The notes beneath the pieces were generated by a model. It did no database searches, was not told the DNA's origin, and saw nothing but the letters and a program-made list of their open reading frames with translations. A stretch of DNA of 64,000 nucleotides, from sequence record SRR20825019_97; one strand, 5' to 3'. The translations under genes were made by a program, and so were the position numbers. Positions 20,950-30,720 of the stretch are shown here, in pieces; positions within the stretch are counted from its first letter, which is position 1, and each line of letters opens with the position of its first letter.

Positions 20950-22143
20950 TCAGAAAACCAGCAAGCCCACCAGCGCACTGCCGGGTGCCAGTATCCAGAC
21001 CGGTACTTTCCATATCGACAGGGAAACCCAGGCCAACAGGACAAACGCAACGCTCCCTGCATTGTGTACGGCAGAGGTCCACACCGGATCATACAGCGCC
21101 GCCAGCAGAAGCCCGACAACGCCGGCATTCACCCCAGCCAGGGCCGCCCGTGCAACCGAATGGCTGCGAATGTATGACCACAGGGGTAGACCGGCAAATA
21201 CCAGCAGGGTTCCCGGCAGAAAAACAGCGACCACAGCCACGGCAGCACCGGTCCAGCCGCCCTCAATGGCTCCCAGAAACGCTGAGAAGGTAAACAGCGG
21301 GCCTGGCATGGCCTGAGCCAGGCCATAACCGGCCAGAAACGTATCCGCCGACAGGTGCCCTGGCACCACAAAGCTCCCCTGAAGCCAGGGCAGCACCACA
21401 TGCCCACCTCCGAACACCAACGCCCCCGCGCGATAGAGTTCAGACCCGATCCAGCCCAGGGAGCCTTCGGCCAACGGTAAAAAAGCCAACAGCAGTAACG
21501 CGGAAAATACCACCAGAAACACCATCGGGCGACGGGGCTGAACCGGTATGGTTAATGCCTCCTCCACGCGCTTTTGCGGCAGGTGCATCGCAGCACCGGC
21601 CGCGCCGGCTGCAAGCAGGACAAGTATCTGCATCCAGGCTTCGCCCGCCATCAGCAGAACAACCGCGACCACCACGGCAATCGACAGGCGCGGAGCATCC
21701 GGGCACAGGGTTTTGCCCATCTGCCAGACCGCCTGGGCAACCACGGCGACCACAAATAGCTTAAGGCCGGTTATCCAGCCACCCTGCCCGGCATCCGGCC
21801 AGAGGCCAAGGCCGAGTGCAAACAGCGTCATCAACAATGCCGACGGCAGGGTAAAGCCAAGCCAGGCCGCTGCTGCGCCTCGATAGCCGCGCTGAAGGAA
21901 CCCCAGGGTCAATCCCACCTGGCTGGAAGCAGGGCCGGGTAACAGCTGGCACAGTGCCACCACCTCGCCATAGGCCGCGTCCGACAACCAACGCCTGCGC
22001 TTTACGAATTCGTCATGGAAGAATCCCAGATGGGCCGCCGGACCACCGAAAGACGTCAGGCCCAAACGCAGAAATAATAGAAAAATGTGCCAGGCTGGCA
22101 GGGCCCCGGCATACGTCTCCCTGGTGAAGCTATCCTTGGTCAT
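20950..22143 (-). CDS. chrA: Chromate efflux transporter ChrA family
   Basis: LGLTSFGGP, QLLPGPASSQ, VFGGGHVV, AQAMPGP (duplicated CHR domains). Confidence 0.92.
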   Translation of the reverse strand: MTKDSFTRETYAGALPAWHIFLLFLRLGLTSFGGPAAHLGFFHDEFVKRRRWLSDAAYGEVVALCQLLPGPASSQVGLTLGFLQRGYRGAAAAWLGFTLPSALLMTLFALGLGLWPDAGQGGWITGLKLFVVAVVAQAVWQMGKTLCPDAPRLSIAVVVAVVLLMAGEAWMQILVLLAAGAAGAAMHLPQKRVEEALTIPVQPRRPMVFLVVFSALLLLAFLPLAEGSLGWIGSELYRAGALVFGGGHVVLPWLQGSFVVPGHLSADTFLAGYGLAQAMPGPLFTFSAFLGAIEGGWTGAAVAVVAVFLPGTLLVFAGLPLWSYIRSHSVARAALAGVNAGVVGLLLAALYDPVWTSAVHNAGSVAFVLLAWVSLSIWKVPVWILAPGSALVGLLVF

Positions 22144-22288
22144 GGAACACTCTGATCGTGGCAACGTGTGTTAAGAAAGATGAACATTATGACGCTTCGG
22201 TTGCATCACTCCCAGTCCAGACCATAATGAAGGGACGGGTTGACCGGATCGTGACAGGTAACGTTTCCAACAACCAACAGGACCAGCA

Positions 22289-23263
22289 ATGACCGCCCGG
22301 GCCCATACACCAGACAATCAGGATGACCTCCTGGAGTATCGCCTGAGCCTCCGCCTTGGCCCGGTACACGCGCGCCAGCGCCTGGGCATTGAGCGGGAAG
22401 CGGAAGCTCGTGTATTCGGCCCGGACCGCCATTCGTTCCACCTGGAAAACATCACCTCCGCTCCACGCTTCATCAGTGTTTGCCTGAAACTGGCCGGTTT
22501 GTTCCGGCGGGGACAGCACAACAGCCGCCGGCTGGACACCGCCCACAACCAGTTCCACATCCCTGGCCTGCCCCAGGCCTTCGAAGGCTTCCGCATACTG
22601 CACCTTACCGACCTTCACGTGGATATGGATGAAGCCAACCTGCAGGCCGTCATCCGTCAAATCGAGCCCCTCGAGTACGATGTGTGTGTGCTCACCGGGG
22701 ACTACCGGCGCCTCACCTGGGGCCCGATTGATGGTGCCATGGATGGCATGGCCAGGCTGCGGGACGCTATTCGCGGCAAAGCCTACGCTGTACTGGGCAA
22801 TCACGACAGCGTACGCATGGTTCCTGGACTTGAGGACATGGGCTATCACCTGCTGATGAATGAACATGCCGTACTGCAGCGTGGCGAGGACAAACTCTAT
22901 GTGGCAGGTGTGGACGATGCCCATTTCTACAAGGTACACAACCTACACCGAGCAGGAGACGAGATCCCCCCGGGTGGCATCAGCGTATTACTGAGCCACA
23001 CACCGGAGATCTGGCGCGAGGCTGCCCATGCGGGCTACGACATCTTCCTGTGCGGCCATACCCACGGTGGCCAGATCTGCCTGCCCGGTGGCATCCCCGT
23101 GACCCTGGATTCCGATTGCCCCAGAGAACTCGGCCGCGGCTACTGGCGCCGCAACGGCATGCAGGGGTATACCTCACCAGGCGCGGGCACATCGGTGGTC
23201 AACGTGCGGCTGAATTGCCCACCAGAGGTAACGATACACACCCTGACACGGGGCCCCGGCTAA
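22289..23263 (+). CDS. Calcineurin-like metallophosphoesterase (YkuE-like)
   Basis: TDLH, TGDY, GNHD, LSHTP, GHTHGGQ. Confidence 0.92.
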   Translation: MTARAHTPDNQDDLLEYRLSLRLGPVHARQRLGIEREAEARVFGPDRHSFHLENITSAPRFISVCLKLAGLFRRGQHNSRRLDTAHNQFHIPGLPQAFEGFRILHLTDLHVDMDEANLQAVIRQIEPLEYDVCVLTGDYRRLTWGPIDGAMDGMARLRDAIRGKAYAVLGNHDSVRMVPGLEDMGYHLLMNEHAVLQRGEDKLYVAGVDDAHFYKVHNLHRAGDEIPPGGISVLLSHTPEIWREAAHAGYDIFLCGHTHGGQICLPGGIPVTLDSDCPRELGRGYWRRNGMQGYTSPGAGTSVVNVRLNCPPEVTIHTLTRGPG

Positions 23264-23272
23264 AGCTTGAGC

Positions 23273-23755
23273 TCAGTGCGGCTGATGGCGTATACCCAGG
23301 CGGTACAGTAAGGGCGACAGCAGGATATTCGACAGCGTAAATAGCACCACGACAACCGCCACAATAAACCAGCCCAGGTCCAGCCAAAGCCATGCCAGAA
23401 GCATCGGCAGCAAGGCTTCGGGGATCTGGTCGAGCCCTGAGGCCCGGGCACTGGAGGCGAGCCCGGCACGACGCTTGATGAAACTGCTGATGATATCGCC
23501 AGCCAACCCCAGTAACCCGAACGCCAGGCCGAATACGACACCTATCCCGGTGATCCACGCAAACAGGCAACACGCCAGCGCACCGGATACGATACCGCGC
23601 CAAGTTTTGCTGCGCCCCAACACCGGCCGCCCGTCCCGCCATAGCCTGTCACCATCTACAGGGGCCGACCAGCGCCGGCCAAACAGCCGGGCGGCCAGAA
23701 CCGGTACGCCATTTGCCAGCACCAGCATCACGAAGAGCTCGATAGAAATCAGCAA
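23273..23755 (-). CDS. CDP-archaeol synthase (CarS/DUF46)-like membrane protein
   Basis: ANGVPV, PVDG...DGRPVLGRSKTWRG, GDIISSFIKRR, LDQ. Confidence 0.8.
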   Translation of the reverse strand: MLISIELFVMLVLANGVPVLAARLFGRRWSAPVDGDRLWRDGRPVLGRSKTWRGIVSGALACCLFAWITGIGVVFGLAFGLLGLAGDIISSFIKRRAGLASSARASGLDQIPEALLPMLLAWLWLDLGWFIVAVVVVLFTLSNILLSPLLYRLGIRHQPH

Positions 23756-23801
23756 TCGGCTCAGTCTCCGTCAGGGCCGCCCTTTCGGCGGTTACTTACT
23801 A

Positions 23802-25178
23802 TCAGGCAAGCCCGCCTTTGGTCAGCTTCAGCGGGTCCATCAGTTCCTCCAGCCGGTTGCGATCCAGGCCACTGCGCTCTTCCGCCACGTCAATCACCGG
23901 TCGTCCGGTCTGGTAGGCTTCCTTGGCAATATCAGACGCCAGGCTATAACCAATTTCGGGGTTGAGTGCGGTAACCAGTACCGGGTTCTTGCCGACTGCG
24001 GCGTCCAGATGATCGGTATTCACCGTGAAATCCCGAATCGCCTTATCTCCGAGCATGGTTGAGGCGTTGGTCAGCAGTTCGATCATGTCCAATAGATTGG
24101 CACCAACCAGCGGTAACATCACATTCAACTGGAAGTTACCCGACTGCCCTGCTATGGCAACGGTGCTGTCCAGCCCCATGACCTGGGCCCCGACAATGGC
24201 CACCGACTCGGGAATCACCGGGTTGACCTTACCTGGCATGATGCTGCTGCCAGGCTGCAACGCCGGCAGGCTGATTTCCGCCAGACCGTGAATCGGCCCA
24301 CTGTTCATCCAGCGCAGGTCGTTGGCGATCTTGGTCAGTACGATGGCCAGCCCCCGCAACTGGGACGACAGAGCTACGGGCGCATCGATAGCACTCTGCC
24401 CCACGAATTTATGCTCCAGGGAGCGGAAGTGGTAACCCGTATTGGAGGTGAGGAACTTAACGAACTGCCCAGGAAACTCTTCCAGCGCATTCACCCCGGT
24501 TCCCACGGCCGTGCCACCCTGGGGCACCGCCAGCAGATCATCGGCGGCCGCCTCAAGCCGTCTTTCCGCGGCGAGCAATTGCTCCCGCCAGGTTCTCAGC
24601 TCCTGGCCCAGGGTGACCGGCATGGCGTCCATCAGGTGAGTACGGCCGGTCTTGACCTGATTCGCGAACAACGCCTCACGCTCATAGATCACCCCACACA
24701 GGTGGGTCAACGCGGGAATCAGACGCTCGTATATACCCGCCACGGCACTGACATGGATAGCGGTCGGGATCACGTCGTTGGAGCTCTGGCTCATGTTGAC
24801 GTGATCGTTGGGGTGAATCTCAACATCCTCCTGCGCCGCCAGGGCGGCGATGACCTCGTTCACATTCATGTTAGTGCTGGTGCCAGACCCGGTCTGATAA
24901 CGATCAATGGGGAACTGGTCAGCGAATTCACCGTTTACCAGGCGGTCACCGGCCGCAACAATCGCGTCCCGCAGATCGTTATCCAGTAAACCGAGGCTGG
25001 CGTTGGCATCGGCGGCGGCCTGCTTCACTCTTACCACTGCCGCAATGAACGCCGGCGGCATTGGCTGGCCGCTTACCGGAAAATTTTCGATAGCCCTCTG
25101 GGTCTGTGCGCCCCAAAGAGCCTCTTCAGGAACGCGTACTTCGCCCAGGCTGTCTTTTTCAGTCCTGAAATTCGTCAT
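23802..25178 (-). CDS. fumC: Class II fumarate hydratase
   Basis: QTGSGTSTNMN, HPNDHVNMSQSSND, GRTHLMDA, GSSIMPGKVNP. Confidence 0.96.
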   Translation of the reverse strand: MTNFRTEKDSLGEVRVPEEALWGAQTQRAIENFPVSGQPMPPAFIAAVVRVKQAAADANASLGLLDNDLRDAIVAAGDRLVNGEFADQFPIDRYQTGSGTSTNMNVNEVIAALAAQEDVEIHPNDHVNMSQSSNDVIPTAIHVSAVAGIYERLIPALTHLCGVIYEREALFANQVKTGRTHLMDAMPVTLGQELRTWREQLLAAERRLEAAADDLLAVPQGGTAVGTGVNALEEFPGQFVKFLTSNTGYHFRSLEHKFVGQSAIDAPVALSSQLRGLAIVLTKIANDLRWMNSGPIHGLAEISLPALQPGSSIMPGKVNPVIPESVAIVGAQVMGLDSTVAIAGQSGNFQLNVMLPLVGANLLDMIELLTNASTMLGDKAIRDFTVNTDHLDAAVGKNPVLVTALNPEIGYSLASDIAKEAYQTGRPVIDVAEERSGLDRNRLEELMDPLKLTKGGLA

Positions 25179-25209
25179 GACATCCTCCTCTGTTCACAGG
25201 CATTGGGGC

Positions 25210-25494
25210 TCACCCGTTTGGCGGTGACTTCAGTCTGACATGGTCGCAAATGCCGGTAACCTGATCAAAATTCAGGATCAGGGTATGAACCGTGTTGGTG
25301 TAGGTGTCGTGAAGGTGAAACTTGAAGCGGCGCTGCTTCTCCCCTTGCAGAAAACCATCATACTCCCGCACCAGTTCCCTTACGTCACCGCCTTCGTCCT
25401 TCGACCAGGTGGCGTTGAAGGGTCCCAGGACGGCACCGCCAGACAGGCATACAGTTACTTCGTGGTTCGTGAGGGCGTTCTCGGGAACGGACAT
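25210..25494 (-). CDS. Small hypothetical protein
   Basis: ORF with AGGAG SD before the ATG at 25494; fills the gap between ercS and fumC. Confidence 0.6.
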   Translation of the reverse strand: MSVPENALTNHEVTVCLSGGAVLGPFNATWSKDEGGDVRELVREYDGFLQGEKQRRFKFHLHDTYTNTVHTLILNFDQVTGICDHVRLKSPPNG

Positions 25495-25543
25495 GTCACA
25501 CTCTCCTGACAAAACAATGATTGACAGAATAAAGTGTAGACCG

Positions 25544-27295
25544 TCATTGCGACTCTGAGTTCAGGGATGCGGCAAGACTGGAGACAAGAGCCCGAAGACG
25601 GTTAGGCTTTACTGGCTTGTTCAGAATGGGCAGATACTGTGTACTGATTAGCCTTCGCGTTTCATCGCTGCGGTCCGCAGTAATGATGGCCGCCGGGATG
25701 TCACGACCGAAGTGTCTGCGTACGGCATACACCGCCTGACAGCCGGTCAGGTTCTCATCCAGGTGAAAGTCCGCGAGGATGATGTCTGCGCCGCCGCAAT
25801 GCGCCACAGCCTCAACCGCACTACCCGCCGTGGTGACCACGCAACCCCAACGCTCCAGCAGGGCCTGCATGCTTTCCTGTACCGGCTCTTCATTGTCGAT
25901 CACCAGAACACGAAGCCCATCGAAGGACACAGGTGCAATTGGTGGCGGCTCCGCATTTTGACTACTGGCAGTCGCCTCAGTGAACCGGGCCAGAGGAACA
26001 AGAATACTGAAACAGGAGCCTTTGCCGTGATGTGAACCCACGTGGATTTCGCAGGCCAGTATCCTTGCCATGCGTTCGACAATTGCCAGCCCCAGGCCCA
26101 CACCCTGGCGACCGCCACCCTTGGGCAGTATCTGGTGAAATTCCCGGAAGATGTCCTCGAGCTTTTCCTGCTCAATGCCCACACCGGTGTCCCACACCCC
26201 AATTTCCAGATTGGGACCACGCTTGCGGGCCGCAAACAGCACACCGCCTTCACGGGTATAGCGAAACGCGTTGCTCAACAGGTTGCGGAGTATCCGGGTT
26301 AGCATTCGCGGGTCAGTGCTTACGTAGCCTGTCCCCAAGCGCACCCGAAAGTGCAGCTTTGCGTTCTCAGCCACCGGTTCAAATTCCTGCGCCAGCCCTC
26401 TCATCAGTTCGCCAATATCAGTATTGACGATATCTGGCCGCATGGCTTTCTGATCCAGCTTGGATATATCCAGGAGATCCGCCAACAGGTCCTCAGCGCT
26501 CTCCAGGGACCTCCACACACGCTGGACAAGTCGGTTTTCATCCGCTGGCAGATCACTGTCTATCAGGGCGGACACCAGTAACCTGGCCGCATTCAGGGGT
26601 TGCAGCAAATCATGACTGGCCGCCGCAAGGTATTTGTCCTTACTCTCATTGGCTTCCTTGGCCGCCTCTACAGCCACAACCAGCTCCCGCTCCACTCTTT
26701 CACGCTGCTCGATCTGGTATCTCAGCACGACGTTGGCGTTCTGCAGCTCTTCAGTGCGCTCCTCCACACGGCGTTCCAGATCCGCATTAAGCTGGCGAAG
26801 TTTTTCCCGCGCCTGGTGTCGCTCGGTGATGTCCGCCACAAAAGCTTCAACCACTTCGGGGCCCAAATCGGGACGCCGCAACAGGGTTATCGCAACTTGC
26901 ACCGGCGTATTATCCGCCCGTCTGAGCCGGGTTTCCCTTGCACTGAGACTGCCGTTATCCAGTAACTCCTGGCGGATGGCGTCAAACTCACCAGAACTGC
27001 AAAACAGCTGCTCACGAAGGCGGATAACCCCCGTGATCAGGGCTTCAGAGCTTTCATAGCCGCAGATCCGGGCCATGGCCGGGTTGGCGGCCACAAAGCC
27101 GCCCCGGAGGTTAGCCTGAAAGATGCCGTGAAGGGCATTCTCGAACAGCCACTTGTAGCGATTACGCTCCTTCTCCAGTTCGTCGATCCGCTCCTGCAGC
27201 GCCGGGTAGTAGTTCTTTCTTACCGACTGGCTGCCAAGGCCAAGCAGGTCACCGATGTCGTAGTCGGCGTTGCTGGAGTCAGAGGGCTTCTTCAT
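25544..27295 (-). CDS. ercS: PAS-domain hybrid sensor kinase/response regulator (ErcS/NahK family)
   Basis: LLGLG..SVRKNYYP N-terminus, PAS, H-box AASHDLLQPL, HATPase, C-terminal receiver; overlaps the ercA stop. Confidence 0.85.
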   Translation of the reverse strand: MKKPSDSSNADYDIGDLLGLGSQSVRKNYYPALQERIDELEKERNRYKWLFENALHGIFQANLRGGFVAANPAMARICGYESSEALITGVIRLREQLFCSSGEFDAIRQELLDNGSLSARETRLRRADNTPVQVAITLLRRPDLGPEVVEAFVADITERHQAREKLRQLNADLERRVEERTEELQNANVVLRYQIEQRERVERELVVAVEAAKEANESKDKYLAAASHDLLQPLNAARLLVSALIDSDLPADENRLVQRVWRSLESAEDLLADLLDISKLDQKAMRPDIVNTDIGELMRGLAQEFEPVAENAKLHFRVRLGTGYVSTDPRMLTRILRNLLSNAFRYTREGGVLFAARKRGPNLEIGVWDTGVGIEQEKLEDIFREFHQILPKGGGRQGVGLGLAIVERMARILACEIHVGSHHGKGSCFSILVPLARFTEATASSQNAEPPPIAPVSFDGLRVLVIDNEEPVQESMQALLERWGCVVTTAGSAVEAVAHCGGADIILADFHLDENLTGCQAVYAVRRHFGRDIPAAIITADRSDETRRLISTQYLPILNKPVKPNRLRALVSSLAASLNSESQ

Positions 27296-28442
27296 AAACC
27301 ACTTCGACGTCACGGCGGGAAGACTTGCGAGGATTGGTCAGGATGCATGGATCCTGCAATGCAAAGCCGGACAGGTAGGGTATGTCAGACGTGGTCACAC
27401 CCAGTTTGCCAAGCTTGGCCTCCAACCCTACAGCTTGTTTCAACGTGATAATTCGCGCCATCAGGCGCTGTTTGATGACCGGTTTTGACATACCGCGGGT
27501 GTCGATATCCATGGCCTCCGCCACGCGCCGGAACCGGTCCTCTGCCGACGTGTAGTTGTACGCTACAACGTGTTCCAGCAGCAGGGCGTTGCAAAGGCCA
27601 TGGGGCAAATCAAGGTAGCCACCGAGACTATGGGACATGGCGTGCACCGCCCCCAGGATGGCATTGGAAAACGCCAGGCCGGCCTGCATGGACGCCAGCA
27701 TGATCTGCTCCCGAAGGTGCACATTGGCGGTGTTCAGCACCAGCGGCTCCAGATGGCGGTTGATCAGCCGGATGGCTTCCAGGGCGTTGGTGTCCGTCAG
27801 CGGCCCGCTACCAGTGGAGACATAGGCTTCAATGGCGTGCACCATGGCGTCCACCCCGGTACAGGCCGTCAGGTAGGCGTCCATGGTTTCCGTCACTTCC
27901 GGGTCGATCAGCGACACATCCGGCACCACCGCCTTGCTAATGATGGAGAACTTGAAGCGCCGGCTGGGGTCGGAAATGATCGCGAACTGGGAGACATCGG
28001 CGGATGTCCCCGCCGTGGTGGGAATCAGGATCATCGGGGGCGAGGGCGAAGCAATGGTGTCCACACCCTCAAAATCAAGAATGTTCCGGCCATGGGCACT
28101 GACAATGCCGATACCCTTGGCGCAGTCCATGGGGCTGCCGCCGCCGATGGCGACAATCACGTCACATTGGCTGGACTTATACAATTCAGCCCCGGCCATG
28201 ACTTCGTCCACTTTCGGATTGGCTGAGACGCCGGTAAATACCGTGACACGGAGACCCGCCGCCACCAGGATATCCATGATTTCCGCAACCCAGCCGGCTT
28301 TCTCCACGCCAGGGTCAGATACCAGGAACACATGTCGAGCACCAAAGTTACTGGCGAAGTTGGCTACTGCCTTGCGTGAGCCGGCACCAAAGATGATCTC
28401 GGGGGACACAAACTTGCGCAGGGAGGAAATGTCGTAGCTCAT
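27279..28442 (-). CDS. ercA: Iron-containing alcohol dehydrogenase-like regulator ErcA
   Basis: LRKFVSPEIIFG, GGGSPMD, PTTAGT, HAMSH...HG; directly upstream of ercS in a PQQ-ADH cluster. Confidence 0.88.
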   Translation of the reverse strand: MSYDISSLRKFVSPEIIFGAGSRKAVANFASNFGARHVFLVSDPGVEKAGWVAEIMDILVAAGLRVTVFTGVSANPKVDEVMAGAELYKSSQCDVIVAIGGGSPMDCAKGIGIVSAHGRNILDFEGVDTIASPSPPMILIPTTAGTSADVSQFAIISDPSRRFKFSIISKAVVPDVSLIDPEVTETMDAYLTACTGVDAMVHAIEAYVSTGSGPLTDTNALEAIRLINRHLEPLVLNTANVHLREQIMLASMQAGLAFSNAILGAVHAMSHSLGGYLDLPHGLCNALLLEHVVAYNYTSAEDRFRRVAEAMDIDTRGMSKPVIKQRLMARIITLKQAVGLEAKLGKLGVTTSDIPYLSGFALQDPCILTNPRKSSRRDVEVVYEEAL

Positions 28443-28563
28443 GTAAGGTCTCGCCATTATGTCGTTGTTATTATGTCTCACCCGGAGTTTAACCCAACCC
28501 GGGTGCCTTCTCATCTGGTTCCTCATCCTGAGACCTGTGCCGGGATTTTCGGCACCCAAACAG

Positions 28564-28580
28564 CGTAGGATGTTCCTACA
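28564..28580. promoter_or_regulatory. Palindromic regulator site upstream of the two-component operon
   Basis: CGTAGGA-tgt-TCCTACA, resembling the palindrome at 36413-36429; TATTAT -10 candidate at 28602-28607. Confidence 0.55.
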
Positions 28581-28642
28581 TTCGGGTCGATACCCGATTG
28601 ATATTATCGCTCGGCCAACCTGTCTCCAAGGATCCAGCTCAC

Positions 28643-30076
28643 ATGTCCGCTGATCAACCACATCGGGTACTTCTCAGGTACGACCGAGAAGACGATCGGG
28701 ATGCTTTTCTCCAGGATTTTGCCGGGGCATTTTCAATTGACAGCTACTCCTCTGACCAAGAGGCCCTGGCCGCCATTGCACGGGGCCGATCCCTGCCCGA
28801 CGCGCTCGTATTCATCACCACCGACACCGATCAGTTGCTGACGTCTTCTCTACTTCAGCAGGTCAGCGATGGTGGCTGCTGCTTGCGAATCGTCATTGGC
28901 GGCCAGTTTTCCCTCGATCAGATCATTCACTTGCTGGAGAATAGGGTTGTCGACCGCTGCTACGCCAAGCCTTGGGACATCAACCTCGTACGCACCGACC
29001 TGTTTGCAGCCACCATGTCGGTACAGGATAACGCCGGGCCCACTCCCGTCGAGAGCGGACACCCCAAGCCGCTGGTACTGATCGTTGACGACGAACAATC
29101 GGCGACCAAGTACCTGAGCAAACAGCTGATGCGGATGCAGGACCGCTTCGAAACCCGCTGCGCCGCCAGCGCTCAGCAGGCTTTGGAGACTCTCCATCAG
29201 GAAGGTCACCGGACTGCAGTCCTGATGACAGATCAGCGCATGCCAGGCATGAAAGGACTGCAGTTGATCAACGAGATGCGACAGTCCTATCCCCATATTA
29301 CTCGCATCCTCACATCGGCCTACGGGGAACTGGACGTTGCGCTGGGCGCGGTTAACCAGGGGCGAATCTTCCGTTATCAGAAGAAGCCGTGGCATGCCGC
29401 ATCCCTGCTCCCGGTGCTGGACGACGCTATTGCTCAGCACCACGCATCGCGCCAGAAATCGGAGCAGTGGCAATTTGCACTTGCTGAGCGTTTCGAGGGC
29501 GTTCGCGAACGGCGAAAAGCCGCTCTTCTCAGGGCTCTGACCGAATCGCCATCAGTTCCCTGGGCGTCACGGGACGTGATACAGAATTTCCTGAGGGATA
29601 TGGACGCCATCAGCACCTTGCCTCCCGGCGCCTCCCACTTTCGTGACCATAGCCCTGAGGCTCTGGATAACGCTCTGGTCCGCGGGCTACGCGCCGAACT
29701 GACTCGGTATTTGGAGATACCGTTAACCGACGCCGTTCCCAGCAACGGTACCCTGCCCGACGCCATTCAGTCAGCGCTGGATGTGCTGTTGAGCGCGTCC
29801 GGAATGAGCCGTGACCACCTCATAAGTGAGCAGGATGAGGACGTCACGACCCTTCGGCTGGAAGCCGGAAAGAACCTCCACCTATACAGTCATGTCCTTT
29901 CGCCAATGGCGCGTGTTTCCAGCCAATTACTGAAGCAACAGGGCGCCTTGCTTGCGCTCTACATCATGGCCCAACAACAGGGCGGCCAAGTTCTCCTTCA
30001 GGGAGGCCAACAACGCTTCACCCTTGAGCTGTCGTTGCCTCTGCGCGCGCCCTCGGGCGGGAGCCGGCAGCCGTGA
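28643..30076 (+). CDS. Response regulator-like protein: degenerate receiver, intact receiver, unknown C-terminal domain
   Basis: Second receiver VLIVDDE...MTDQRMPG...ILTSAY...KKPW; the first domain keeps only a YAKPW-like remnant. Confidence 0.8.
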   Translation: MSADQPHRVLLRYDREDDRDAFLQDFAGAFSIDSYSSDQEALAAIARGRSLPDALVFITTDTDQLLTSSLLQQVSDGGCCLRIVIGGQFSLDQIIHLLENRVVDRCYAKPWDINLVRTDLFAATMSVQDNAGPTPVESGHPKPLVLIVDDEQSATKYLSKQLMRMQDRFETRCAASAQQALETLHQEGHRTAVLMTDQRMPGMKGLQLINEMRQSYPHITRILTSAYGELDVALGAVNQGRIFRYQKKPWHAASLLPVLDDAIAQHHASRQKSEQWQFALAERFEGVRERRKAALLRALTESPSVPWASRDVIQNFLRDMDAISTLPPGASHFRDHSPEALDNALVRGLRAELTRYLEIPLTDAVPSNGTLPDAIQSALDVLLSASGMSRDHLISEQDEDVTTLRLEAGKNLHLYSHVLSPMARVSSQLLKQQGALLALYIMAQQQGGQVLLQGGQQRFTLELSLPLRAPSGGSRQP

Positions 30077-30720
30077 CAAAAGATGATATCCGGCTGTACG
30101 TCACCATCGACAAGCGCCTGTACCGGGACGCCATCCTCTATCAGCTGCTTCTCGAAGAGAACATTGATCTGGTGGGCGAGTCCGCAACCGGTGTCGATAC
30201 ATTGGAGCAGTTGCCGACCGTCAGGCCTACCGTGCTGATCATTGAGGAAGCCCTGCAGGACAACGATGGCCTGACCATCGCCGAAGTGGCCCTTTCCAAT
30301 CACCCCGCGCTGTCTGTGCTACTGCTGGTCGAGCGACCGGTCTCTCCAGCCCGCCTGGCGATCTATCTGGAGTCAGGCATCAAAACGGTTGTGGCCAAGA
30401 CTCAGTCAGTACAGGAACTCATTCGATCCCTGCACTACATTCGCAACGGGCAAGTGTATGTGGACGCGGACTCGTGCCAGGCACCCGCTACCACAACATC
30501 ACCAGATCTGGAGGCGTTTCACGCGCTATCTGCCCGTGAACGGGAAGTGGCACGCCTCATGGCGGATCGGGTCGCGTTCAAGACCATTGCGGATCGACTC
30601 GGGGTTTCCTATAAAACAGTGCACTCCTACAAGGACCGAATATTCATCAAGATGGGCTTTGAACGGCAACCGGATCTGATGCTGTTCATGAAACGCTTCA
30701 GGAACAATCTCGACTCATGA
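30073..30720 (+). CDS. NarL/LuxR-family regulator with atypical receiver
   Basis: HTH LSAREREV...IADRLGVSYKTVHSYK; receiver reads VLIIEE where the phospho-Asp is expected; GTG start overlaps the upstream stop. Confidence 0.85.
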   Translation: MTKDDIRLYVTIDKRLYRDAILYQLLLEENIDLVGESATGVDTLEQLPTVRPTVLIIEEALQDNDGLTIAEVALSNHPALSVLLLVERPVSPARLAIYLESGIKTVVAKTQSVQELIRSLHYIRNGQVYVDADSCQAPATTTSPDLEAFHALSAREREVARLMADRVAFKTIADRLGVSYKTVHSYKDRIFIKMGFERQPDLMLFMKRFRNNLDS

